Notes under the pieces: generated by a model | The model's database searches: none | The model's input: only the letters and a program-made list of their open reading frames with translations | Told to the model about the DNA's origin: nothing | Position numbers and translations under genes: made by a program | From: Nitrososphaeraceae archaeon | GTDB lineage: Archaea; Thermoproteota; Nitrososphaeria; Nitrososphaerales; Nitrososphaeraceae | Assembly: GCA_036815945.1 (NCBI GenBank) | Contig: DAISFK010000004.1 | Coordinates: 18,769 to 42,768, forward strand | DNA: 24,000 bases | Direction: 5' to 3' | Shown: positions 1-7,472 of the stretch, piece after piece | Position numbering within the stretch: position 1 is the first letter of the stretch | Layout: every line of letters starts with the position of its first letter

Positions 1-41
1 ATGCTTGTTGGCTACTACAATCCGAGAATAGTTGCCTTTTG

Positions 42-863
42 TTATGACAAGATCTCAGCATGATTTTTTTGATCAGTGTCTCTGTCTGTTACCCTCATAT
101 TGCTGGTCTTTCTCGCGAATATCAGATATGTGGTATGTCCAATCATCCTCATCGAAGGTCTGCTCATGCCTTCTCTTGCCTCTATATTTCGAATCATCAG
201 TTCAACACAGTCTACATCAATGAAATTATTTTGTTTTAGCTCTGTTGCGGACTTTTCAAGCTGATTCATAGTCGGACAAATGGCAACGAATGCACCGCTA
301 GGTTTCAACGAGCGATAGACTTGGCCGATCATGGTCCAAGGGTCGCCAAGATCGACTATGGCTGCGTCGACATCTTCTATGTCAAGACCTAGGTGTGGGT
401 CGTATAGATGAGTTGTAACATATGCTGTCATTGCAGCCTTTTCTAGATTGCGCTTGGCAATCTCAATAAAATCCGGATTTACGTCGAAAGTGTAAATGTG
501 TCCACTAGGTTTTACGATACTGGCCAGAAAAGTAGTAAGAGCTCCACTCCCAGTACCGATCTCCAGTACCTTTGATCCATTTTTCAATCCTGTACGAGCT
601 ACTATATATCCCAAATCTTTTGGATATATGATCTGTGTCCTTCGTTCGGATTTCATTATAAAGTCGTGAATAGTTGGTTCCACTAGATGGATAAGTTTTC
701 CTTCGCTGGTTTTAACGATGCTACCATATTCTAATCCAATAATCGATGAGACATCGATTACTCCGAGATGCGTGTGTACTTTCTTTTCACTATTAACCCG
801 CGTCAGCCATTTTTTTCTCGAGGTGTGAAAAAGCATAACGTAGGAGCCTTCCTGGATCGTCAT
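42..863 (-). CDS. trmI: tRNA (adenine-N1)-methyltransferase, TrmI/Trm61 (Gcd14) family
   Basis: SAM-binding motif VLEIGTGSGALT and family motif AIVDLGDPW (DLxxPW). N-terminal beta domain typical of TrmI. The ORF-track start at 881 is TTG, and the ATG at 863 (MTIQEGSYVMLF) is more plausible. Confidence 0.85.
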   Translation of the reverse strand: MTIQEGSYVMLFHTSRKKWLTRVNSEKKVHTHLGVIDVSSIIGLEYGSIVKTSEGKLIHLVEPTIHDFIMKSERRTQIIYPKDLGYIVARTGLKNGSKVLEIGTGSGALTTFLASIVKPSGHIYTFDVNPDFIEIAKRNLEKAAMTAYVTTHLYDPHLGLDIEDVDAAIVDLGDPWTMIGQVYRSLKPSGAFVAICPTMNQLEKSATELKQNNFIDVDCVELMIRNIEAREGMSRPSMRMIGHTTYLIFARKTSNMRVTDRDTDQKNHAEILS

Positions 864-1030
864 TAACAAAAAATAACACAAGTTACAAGAGATAAAAATC
901 CTTCTTGGTGTAGAGCCGTTACACGGAAAATTATTGTTTGATAATTAAAGATGATATATAATAACGACAAAAGACCACTTGACTTGGTGCTGAAGCTAAC
1001 GTAAACTACATTGCAGTGCGTGATATGTAA

Positions 1031-1037
1031 TTTATAA
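1031..1037 (+). promoter_or_regulatory. TATA-like box (TTTATAA) upstream of HAD hydrolase gene
   Basis: AT-rich heptamer 34-40 nt upstream of the ATG at 1071, consistent with an archaeal TATA box and a short or absent 5' UTR. Confidence 0.35.
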
Positions 1038-1070
1038 GGTATTTAACCTGTGGTTAATACAGACGATTTA

Positions 1071-1739
1071 ATGAAGGGGGTTATCTTCGATCTAGACGGC
1101 GTCTTAGTAGATTCCATGCCAATGCATTATGAGGCATGGAAGATAGCATTTAGCGAAGTAGCAAATATCGAAGTTGATGAAACGACAATTTATTTGCTTG
1201 AAGGAATGCGAGGGATTGAATTAGTCAGAAACATTTTTGAGATCAAGCGGATTGGACCGTTTGATGAATCGATTTTAACGCAGATTACAACAAGAAAGGA
1301 TGAATACTTCAGAAAGATATTTAGTTTCAAACCTTTTGAGGGCATGAAGGAGTTGGTTACAAACTTAAGATGTCGTAAAGCAGTAGTCAGTGGTTCTGCG
1401 AAAAAAGATGTTGAGAGAATTTTAGGCCAGGCCCTTGGATTCGGGAACGAGCAATTTGATGTTGTAATTACCGCGGACGAGGTTACGAAAGGAAAGCCGG
1501 ATCCATCCTCGCAATTTTCAGCTGTGGAGAAACTGAACCTCAAGACAACTGAAGCGCTAGTAGTTGAAAACGCACCTTTAGGTGTTGAGGCAGCAAATAG
1601 AGCCGGTATCTCATGCATAGTAGTTTTGAATAATACCCCTCTAGATACGACATATTTCAAATCCCTAATATCAGAGGAGCGAATTCTCAAACGGACAGAA
1701 TCGGCTTTCAACTTTCTGCAGAAGTGGTGTAATGAATGA
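1071..1739 (+). CDS. HAD-superfamily hydrolase, subfamily IA (beta-phosphoglucomutase/phosphatase-like)
   Basis: HAD motif I FDLDGVLVDS directly after the ATG at 1071 (the track start at 1050 is GTG). Motif II VVSGS, motif III KGKPDP, motif IV ENAPLGVEAANRAG. Confidence 0.85.
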   Translation: MKGVIFDLDGVLVDSMPMHYEAWKIAFSEVANIEVDETTIYLLEGMRGIELVRNIFEIKRIGPFDESILTQITTRKDEYFRKIFSFKPFEGMKELVTNLRCRKAVVSGSAKKDVERILGQALGFGNEQFDVVITADEVTKGKPDPSSQFSAVEKLNLKTTEALVVENAPLGVEAANRAGISCIVVLNNTPLDTTYFKSLISEERILKRTESAFNFLQKWCNE

Positions 1740-2713
1740 AAGTGATTATATTTTCTCATGAATCTGATCTCGACGGGTTATTTTCGGCTGCTATTGGGTT
1801 AATTCGATATCCGCAAGCACGACTCGTATTTCTCAATTACGGCGCGGAGAGCTTTATAAAAATGAGATGGTTCGTAGAGTCCGCAACCCGTTCCTCGGAG
1901 GAGAAGGGTATAGTCGTCATTTCAGACTTAGGGCTCAGCTCTGACCCTAGTTTGATCGATACCTGTAGAGAAACCTTTTCGATAGCCAAGAAAAAAAACT
2001 GGAGTATTATCTGGATAGATCATCATCCTTGGCCTGAAAACGCGATCCAGGGTATAGAACCTTACGTTGAGCTTGTGTTGGACAGTGTCAGTTCGAAGTG
2101 CGCCGCAGAGTTGATTTATGAAAAATTTCTGTCAGGACACCGCCTGGCAGAAAAACTTGCAAGTCTAGCCCATACAATGGATTACTTTACAAATGATCAA
2201 TATCTAACTCCTACTTCAGAACTAATAAAATACTATCATAACTTCCCTGATTGCTACACCCGCCTCATCAATCTCGCACAGAAATCTTCGCATGGGATAC
2301 TATGGGATATTGAAATGCAAACAGATTACAACGAATATGCGCTATTACGAGACGAGGCAAAGGAACGCGTACTTTCAACAATGCGAATACGAGACATTCA
2401 TAATATCAAGATCGCATTTATACAATCATCACCCTTCATTCAGAACAGTTTATTTTCGGATGAAGTTTTCAAAAAAACAGGCGTGGATCTTGCGATGGTT
2501 TACGGCACGGATGGCAGAGTAAGTATAAGACGTAATAACAATAAAATTTCTTGTAATGATATCGCAGCGAACTTACCTGAAGGAGGCGGTCACATATTCG
2601 CGGCAGGTGCAACTTTTCGCAGTAATCCAAGTGATATTGAGTCGGTCATATTGGAGTTGGAGAGCGCAGTTTTGACGGCCTTGGAAGGAACTGATACGGC
2701 AGTTAATCTGTGA
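1736..2713 (+). CDS. DHH/DHHA1-family phosphoesterase (NrnA/RecJ-like)
   Basis: Motifs HESDLDG, DHHPW and C-terminal GGGHIFAAGA (DHHA1). The start overlaps the HAD stop in ATGA (1736-1739). Confidence 0.8.
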   Translation: MKVIIFSHESDLDGLFSAAIGLIRYPQARLVFLNYGAESFIKMRWFVESATRSSEEKGIVVISDLGLSSDPSLIDTCRETFSIAKKKNWSIIWIDHHPWPENAIQGIEPYVELVLDSVSSKCAAELIYEKFLSGHRLAEKLASLAHTMDYFTNDQYLTPTSELIKYYHNFPDCYTRLINLAQKSSHGILWDIEMQTDYNEYALLRDEAKERVLSTMRIRDIHNIKIAFIQSSPFIQNSLFSDEVFKKTGVDLAMVYGTDGRVSIRRNNNKISCNDIAANLPEGGGHIFAAGATFRSNPSDIESVILELESAVLTALEGTDTAVNL

Positions 2714-2993
2714 ACTCGCCCAAGTTTTAATCTGTTTCGGAAAAGGGACAGAACATAGACGATTGGATGATTGATAATCATCGCTGGTTGATGGTGATCT
2801 TAAGTATAAGCATAGTATGTCCTCTAAGGATAACAGATAAAATTTAGTACACGCTCTTTGTATTTGTTTTTCAGGAATAGCTGAAACAAATGGTGAAATG
2901 TCCATTACAAGGAAGGTTTCGAAGAAAATTAAAGAAGGTCTGGATTCGTGTCTCATAATGGAATTTATATAGATTTTGCTAATCAATTGGTAG

Positions 2994-3647
2994 ATGGAGA
3001 CGGGTTCTAGAAAAAATGAATTTACAGTCTACCAGTGTTGTAAGAGAGGGCACACTTTAAAATGCGCATCGATCGTAAAGACTGGGGGGGTAATAGTGTA
3101 TCCCACCGATACGGTATATGGAATTGGTTGCAACCCATATTTGGAGGAAGCAGTCGAAAGAATCTTTGAAATAAAGGGTCGAAATAAAGTCAACCCTTTT
3201 CCCATTTTAGCATCAAACTTACAGGACATCGAAAAAATTGTGTTACTCGGTAAAATCGGTAACCGGTTGGCTAAGATATTCTGGCCAGGCGCCCTTACCA
3301 TAATCTCCACACTTATTGATACACGAATTTCCACAAAGGTCACCGCAGGTAAAACAACCGTCGGAGTCCGAGTTCCGGATAATAAATGCGCAGTTGCTCT
3401 GTTGAAGCATTGCAAATATCTTGTAGGTACCAGTGCAAACAAATCCGGAGAGAATCCTTCTAATTCAATCTCTGAAGTGATTTTGTCGTCGTTGAGAGGT
3501 TTCGACGCGATTTTGGACGGAGGTAATATTAGACAAGGGAGCGCCTCAACTATTTTGGATCTGTCAGGACACGTCCCCAAGATAATTCGGGAAGGAGCAA
3601 TCTCATCCGAGGAAATTGCCAGGGTTCTTTCAACAAACAACAACTGA
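2994..3647 (+). CDS. tsaC: L-threonylcarbamoyladenylate synthase, YrdC-domain-only form (TsaC/Sua5 family)
   Basis: YPTDTVYGIGCNP, IFEIKGRNKVNPF and GTSANKSGE motifs of the YrdC/Sua5 fold. At 217 aa it lacks the C-terminal Sua5 domain. Confidence 0.85.
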   Translation: METGSRKNEFTVYQCCKRGHTLKCASIVKTGGVIVYPTDTVYGIGCNPYLEEAVERIFEIKGRNKVNPFPILASNLQDIEKIVLLGKIGNRLAKIFWPGALTIISTLIDTRISTKVTAGKTTVGVRVPDNKCAVALLKHCKYLVGTSANKSGENPSNSISEVILSSLRGFDAILDGGNIRQGSASTILDLSGHVPKIIREGAISSEEIARVLSTNNN

Positions 3648-3654
3648 TCTAGTT

Positions 3655-4191
3655 ATGGACTTTAATCTCATAGTTTCAACATATAGACATCGAGAAGACG
3701 ATGCGCAAAACGAACTGCACGACATTCTTGAATTGTTTGGAGATCCAAAACCAGGGTCAGACATTACTGACATTGTCGGTATCTTGATAGGGCGTACGGT
3801 GCTTGAACCATTTAACGTAGTGAAGAGAATCAAGGAACTAGTCCATGACGAGCCCTGGCGTGTCAGATACATTCTCAGACTTATTCCGATAGAATTTGTT
3901 TTTACTGAGGACGGACTGGATTCTATTAAAAATGCTGCAAAGCGACTCGCTTCAAAGATGCAAAAATTCGAGACCTTCAGGATAACTGTCGAAAAGAGAA
4001 ATACTTCATTGCGTTCTTCTGAAATAATCGCAACCGTTGGTTCAGAAATTGACAACAGAGTAGATCTAGAAAATCCTGATTGGATCGTACTGGTGGAGAT
4101 AATCGGAAAACTTGTTGGGATCTCCGTTTTACGGCCAAATGAAATATTCAGCTCACTCATAGAGAAGCGACAAGGCGAGACCGTTACTTAG
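3655..4191 (+). CDS. Stand-alone THUMP-domain protein (predicted tRNA-binding)
   Basis: About 178 aa. The C-terminal pattern FRITVEKRN...VDLENPDWIVLVEIIGKLVGISVL is typical of THUMP. The ATG at 3655 lies 7 nt after the tsaC stop, whereas the track start at 3616 would overlap tsaC. Confidence 0.65.
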   Translation: MDFNLIVSTYRHREDDAQNELHDILELFGDPKPGSDITDIVGILIGRTVLEPFNVVKRIKELVHDEPWRVRYILRLIPIEFVFTEDGLDSIKNAAKRLASKMQKFETFRITVEKRNTSLRSSEIIATVGSEIDNRVDLENPDWIVLVEIIGKLVGISVLRPNEIFSSLIEKRQGETVT

Positions 4192-4702
4192 TTAGCAAGG
4201 CTGCTTTTTCTGAAAGATAGCTAGTGAAGGCATCATCATTTGATAAAAATTTATTCAATTGGACTCCGAGCCGCCTGCAAATAAGTTCTTTCTTTGTTTT
4301 GTTTGGTTTTAAGACAGAGTCGTCTATCTTAAGATGCATATTACATATACGTCTGGTAACTTTTATCAATTTCTTCTTTTTTTTTGAGAAAAGAATAAAG
4401 CAGCCTGGTGCTTGATTCCTTAAGCCTATGTCCATTAGAGCTCTCGATATTTGATCCGTGCAGGATATTCGAAGAAGAAGATCCATTTCGGGTCTGCCTA
4501 CCAATGTGATTTTCCTTTTTTCTGACTCGATAGTGATTTTTAAGGCTTGGAGAATGTGTTCGATTCCATACACAGCATCTGCACGCACACCCTGTATCGA
4601 CACCCCTCCATTCGAGGTTTTTCGTAAATCGTCAATAAATTCGCCGACATCGTTCACATCTAAATCGGACACTCCAATAACTGTCGTAAATATATTACCC
4701 AC
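4184..4702 (-). CDS. cgi121: KEOPS complex subunit Cgi121
   Basis: Colinear with archaeal Cgi121 as I recall it: IQGVRADAVYGIEHILQAL, DLLLRISCTDQISRALMDIG, IDDSVLKPNKTKKEL, LSEKAALL. GTG start at 4702. The 3' end overlaps the THUMP gene by 8 bp (convergent). Confidence 0.8.
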   Translation of the reverse strand: MGNIFTTVIGVSDLDVNDVGEFIDDLRKTSNGGVSIQGVRADAVYGIEHILQALKITIESEKRKITLVGRPEMDLLLRISCTDQISRALMDIGLRNQAPGCFILFSKKKKKLIKVTRRICNMHLKIDDSVLKPNKTKKELICRRLGVQLNKFLSNDDAFTSYLSEKAALLTK

Positions 4703-4787
4703 TTTGTGTATTCGGTTCTGGTGTTTCAGGAACTTCCTCTCTCCTAATTTCGATGTTGTTTAAAGACCTTGTTTTAGCGGACATCCA

Positions 4788-4882
4788 ATGATCTATATTG
4801 GGCCAGTGCACACACTTCTACGCCGGGCGATACGTACTGTCTCGTAAGCGAAGCTAGAATCCAGAGTTCGAATATAGATCAT
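4788..4882. repeat. Perfect 12-bp inverted repeat (ATGATCTATATT / AATATAGATCAT) enclosing a 71-nt GC-rich core
   Basis: 4788-4799 is the exact reverse complement of 4871-4882. The enclosed 4800-4870 is visibly more GC-rich than the flanking intergenic DNA. Confidence 0.7.
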
Positions 4883-5060
4883 AAGCATAGTAGCCATTTT
4901 AATATCTATATTCCTTTTACATGCTAAAAAGATTTTCGAGACTAGTTAAGACCTCATGTCCGTGAATCGGCGAGATGAATTCAGCTGAATCTTCCAGCTT
5001 CCAAAAATTAACCTGTACGTCGACGGTATGATTAAAAAACCAAGAGTTATCAGTCCCTTT

Positions 5061-5330
5061 TCATGCAGGTTTCGGGCTACCGCCATGTACAACTGTTACA
5101 ATAGTAACGGTATCTCCACTCTCTATTACGGTATCATTGCCATCAAGTGAGGAAGATTCAACACCATTAACTGCTATCAAAATATTATGAGGACTCAACA
5201 CCTCTGGTTCCTTGACGTCACGCCGTAACAGTATTAGTATTTCAGATAAGGAGAGAGTAGACTCCTCTAGGATAATTGATGGCTTGCCAACCGCTTTTTT
5301 CACGCCGCCTAGGAGTCTCACGTTTATCAT
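5061..5330 (-). CDS. MoaD/ThiS-family ubiquitin-like (beta-grasp) small protein with post-GG extension
   Basis: 89 aa. Pattern MINVRLLGG...IAVNG...ESGDTVTIVTVVHGG is typical of MoaD/ThiS/SAMP. The GG is followed by SPKPA. Confidence 0.7.
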   Translation of the reverse strand: MINVRLLGGVKKAVGKPSIILEESTLSLSEILILLRRDVKEPEVLSPHNILIAVNGVESSSLDGNDTVIESGDTVTIVTVVHGGSPKPA

Positions 5331-5344
5331 GATTCATAACGCGT

Positions 5345-5563
5345 CTATTGTATTTCTGGCTCTGTTGTTCCGTCTGTAGAACCTTTTTCTGTATTTTCCC
5401 TGCGAAGATATGCCGTGATGAATCCAGCTATTCTATTTCTGAGCAGTTTGGACCTTACAACAGCTATTTTCTTAAGAGTCGCCTTGTTTTGATCAAAATC
5501 TGTACCGAAATTTTCCGGATATCGCTCCAAAATCTCAGCAGAAATCCGCTTAATTCTATCCAT
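5345..5563 (-). CDS. rps17e: 30S ribosomal protein eS17
   Basis: ERYPENFGTDFDQNK...SKLLRNRIAGFIT matches the conserved archaeal/eukaryotic S17e N-terminal domain. Confidence 0.9.
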   Translation of the reverse strand: MDRIKRISAEILERYPENFGTDFDQNKATLKKIAVVRSKLLRNRIAGFITAYLRRENTEKGSTDGTTEPEIQ

Positions 5564-5586
5564 TCACCAAAATATTAACAAGACGT

Positions 5587-5594
5587 AATTTTAT
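5587..5594 (-). promoter_or_regulatory. TATA-like box (ATAAAATT on minus strand) for rps17e
   Basis: Starts 31 nt upstream of the ATG at 5563, a spacing that implies a leaderless or near-leaderless mRNA. Confidence 0.4.
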
Positions 5595-5693
5595 CTTATT
5601 GAAACCGCGGGATAGAAAGGCGACTCACGTTGGGGTCTTGTCTGCTGTCATGTGTGCGCAAAATGCAATAAAAGATATAGTATAGGAGCATTG

Positions 5694-5729
5694 CAGACTG
5701 CTCGTAAGATAAAATAGGACAGACTGCTC
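5694..5729 (+). promoter_or_regulatory. 10-bp direct repeat CAGACTGCTC x2 bracketing the JAMM-gene TATA box
   Basis: Identical copies at 5694-5703 and 5720-5729, a 26-bp period. The TATA-like ATAAAATA (5709-5716) lies between them. Confidence 0.45.
5709..5716 (+). promoter_or_regulatory. TATA-like box (ATAAAATA) for JAMM protease gene
   Basis: Starts 31 nt upstream of the ATG at 5740. Confidence 0.4.
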
Positions 5730-5739
5730 TGTAGGGCGT

Positions 5740-6156
5740 ATGGTGTCAAGTATCCGCTTAAACGGTGACAAAGTCGAATCCTTGACGTCTCTTGCGAAGG
5801 ATTCTTTACCTTGGGAATCCTGTGCACTATTGTTAGGCGAAACTAGCACTGAGAATTTGGACGAAATTATCGTGAGCGACGTGATTACTGTGAAAAACAG
5901 CGATTCTTCGCCAGTATCTTTCAGTATCGATCCAGACGATCTTATCAATGCATATCAAGTGTCCGAAGCTAGGAACCTGCAAGTTGTTGGAATATTTCAT
6001 TCGCATCCAGCGGAGCCTTTTCCCTCGTCAACAGATATAAAATATATGAAGATTAACCCTGTCGTGTGGCTTATCTATTCAACGGTAACAAACGAGTCGA
6101 GGGCGTATATTTTCGAAGATAAACTAAAGGAAGTGGAATTGCGGGTTACGGTATGA
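5740..6156 (+). CDS. JAB1/MPN/Mov34 (JAMM) metalloprotease, minimal single-domain form
   Basis: Upstream Glu (WESCALLLGE) plus VVGIFHSHPAEPFPSSTD, which is the JAMM HxH...SxxD zinc motif. 138 aa. Confidence 0.85.
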   Translation: MVSSIRLNGDKVESLTSLAKDSLPWESCALLLGETSTENLDEIIVSDVITVKNSDSSPVSFSIDPDDLINAYQVSEARNLQVVGIFHSHPAEPFPSSTDIKYMKINPVVWLIYSTVTNESRAYIFEDKLKEVELRVTV

Positions 6157-7450
6157 GCCGCTCCGTGTCCCGAGGATACAGCACCGTTTCTCTGATATTG
6201 TCGGAATGAGTCAGGACCATCATTAATCGGTCGAATCCAAGTCCCCATCCTGAATGCGGGGGCATTCCCCAACCGAATACTCTTAGATGGCGGTCAAAAT
6301 TCATAGGATTTAATCCTTGATCTATTAACCTCTTGTGCAACTTTACTGGGTCATGTTGTCTCTGGCCCCCAGAAATCAGTTCCAAATACCCGTATTGTAG
6401 ATCAAAAGACTGACTCAGTTTTAGATTGTCTGGTTTTTCATGTATGTAGAACGGTTTTAGCTTAAGTGGCCAGTCCGTGATAAAATAAAATCCCTTATGT
6501 ATTTCGCCCAGTTTTCGAAGCGATCCATCAGAGAGATCCTCGCCGAATTCGAGCTTTTCTCCTTCCTTCCCTAGTTCTTCTATACATTGCTCGTAAGTGA
6601 GCCTGTCTATAGGAAATCTTGGGGTTGGAAGCTTTAGCTGGTCATGTAATACATCGCCGTCTGTTCTATCCATTATTTTGTTAACATTAAACGTATTCCT
6701 TATAACTTCCTCGGCTAGATCCATCGCGTCTTCGTAATTTATGAAAGCAGCTTCTATATCAACGCTCAAAAATTCAGTTAGATGCCTTACTGTATGCGAA
6801 TTCTCCGCTCTGAAGTAGTCGGCTATTTCAAAAACTCTATCTAGAGCTAAGATTAATTGTTCTTTGTAAAGCTGTGGGCTCTGTGCTAGGTAGGCTTGCT
6901 TCTTGAAATATTCGAACCCAAAAAGATTTGCGCCTCCTTCGCTAGCACTACCTATGATCTTGGGGGTATTTACCTCAATAAAGGCCTTTGACCTTAAGGT
7001 CGTTCTGATATTATCGAGCACGGCCGACCTTAGCAAGAAAATCGAAGAAGTCTTGGGGTTTCTCAAATCTAGTGCTCTGGAATCTAATCGTTTGTCTATT
7101 GCTGACTCAACCCTGCCAGTCGGATCGATGGGCAGAGGGTGGATGGCCTCGGTGACAATATTTACTTTTTCAGCCTTTATCTCTAGAGGAAAATCTTTTG
7201 ATTTACTACGTTGTACAACGCCTGATACAATAACTGCGCTCTGCCGAGGTTTATCTTTGGCAACACTCAGAGTATTTGCTGATAGGACAACCTGAGCTGC
7301 TCCTCGGATATCTCTAATCGTTAGAAAGGCGACTTTGCCGATGTCGCGGATATCCTCTATCCAACCTGCGATACTCACCACTTGTCCAATTAAGCTCTCC
7401 TGAACTTGATCGGTGTAATGCGTCCTGTGGATATCATCCAACACGCTCAT
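6146..7450 (-). CDS. aspS: Aspartate--tRNA ligase (archaeal-type class IIb)
   Basis: N-terminal OB fold (GWIEDIRDIGKVAFLTIRD), class II motif 2 YFRAENSHTVRHLTEF and motif 3 GWGLGFDRLMM. 434 aa. Confidence 0.92.
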   Translation of the reverse strand: MSVLDDIHRTHYTDQVQESLIGQVVSIAGWIEDIRDIGKVAFLTIRDIRGAAQVVLSANTLSVAKDKPRQSAVIVSGVVQRSKSKDFPLEIKAEKVNIVTEAIHPLPIDPTGRVESAIDKRLDSRALDLRNPKTSSIFLLRSAVLDNIRTTLRSKAFIEVNTPKIIGSASEGGANLFGFEYFKKQAYLAQSPQLYKEQLILALDRVFEIADYFRAENSHTVRHLTEFLSVDIEAAFINYEDAMDLAEEVIRNTFNVNKIMDRTDGDVLHDQLKLPTPRFPIDRLTYEQCIEELGKEGEKLEFGEDLSDGSLRKLGEIHKGFYFITDWPLKLKPFYIHEKPDNLKLSQSFDLQYGYLELISGGQRQHDPVKLHKRLIDQGLNPMNFDRHLRVFGWGMPPHSGWGLGFDRLMMVLTHSDNIRETVLYPRDTERLIP

Positions 7451-7472
7451 GTTATGGTTTCATCCGTTAAGT

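Noticed and set aside
1190-1759. 189-aa antisense ORF inside the HAD gene. Similar long antisense ORFs occur at 3029..3643, 3630..4160, 6903..7295, 7516..7995, 12125..12445 and 17499..17744.
   Set aside because: Each is fully embedded opposite a gene with strong family motifs. Their translations are low-complexity (Ser/Ile/Phe-rich) with no motifs. I treat them as frame shadows of the real genes.
2573-2986. 137-aa minus-strand ORF spanning the DHH 3' end and the DHH-tsaC spacer
   Set aside because: It overlaps the well-supported DHHA1 C-terminus and has no recognisable motif or promoter context. The small plus-strand micro-ORFs in the 280-bp spacer (26 and 21 codons) are also unsupported.
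4864-4876. GAGTTCGAATAT resembling a tRNA T-loop (GTTCGAAT)
   Set aside because: No complementary T-stem, acceptor stem or anticodon arm could be built on either strand. The element is better described by the 12-bp inverted repeat.
5625-5948. 107-aa minus-strand ORF crossing the rps17e/JAMM divergent promoter
   Set aside because: It overlaps the JAMM coding region and both TATA boxes, and has no family signal.
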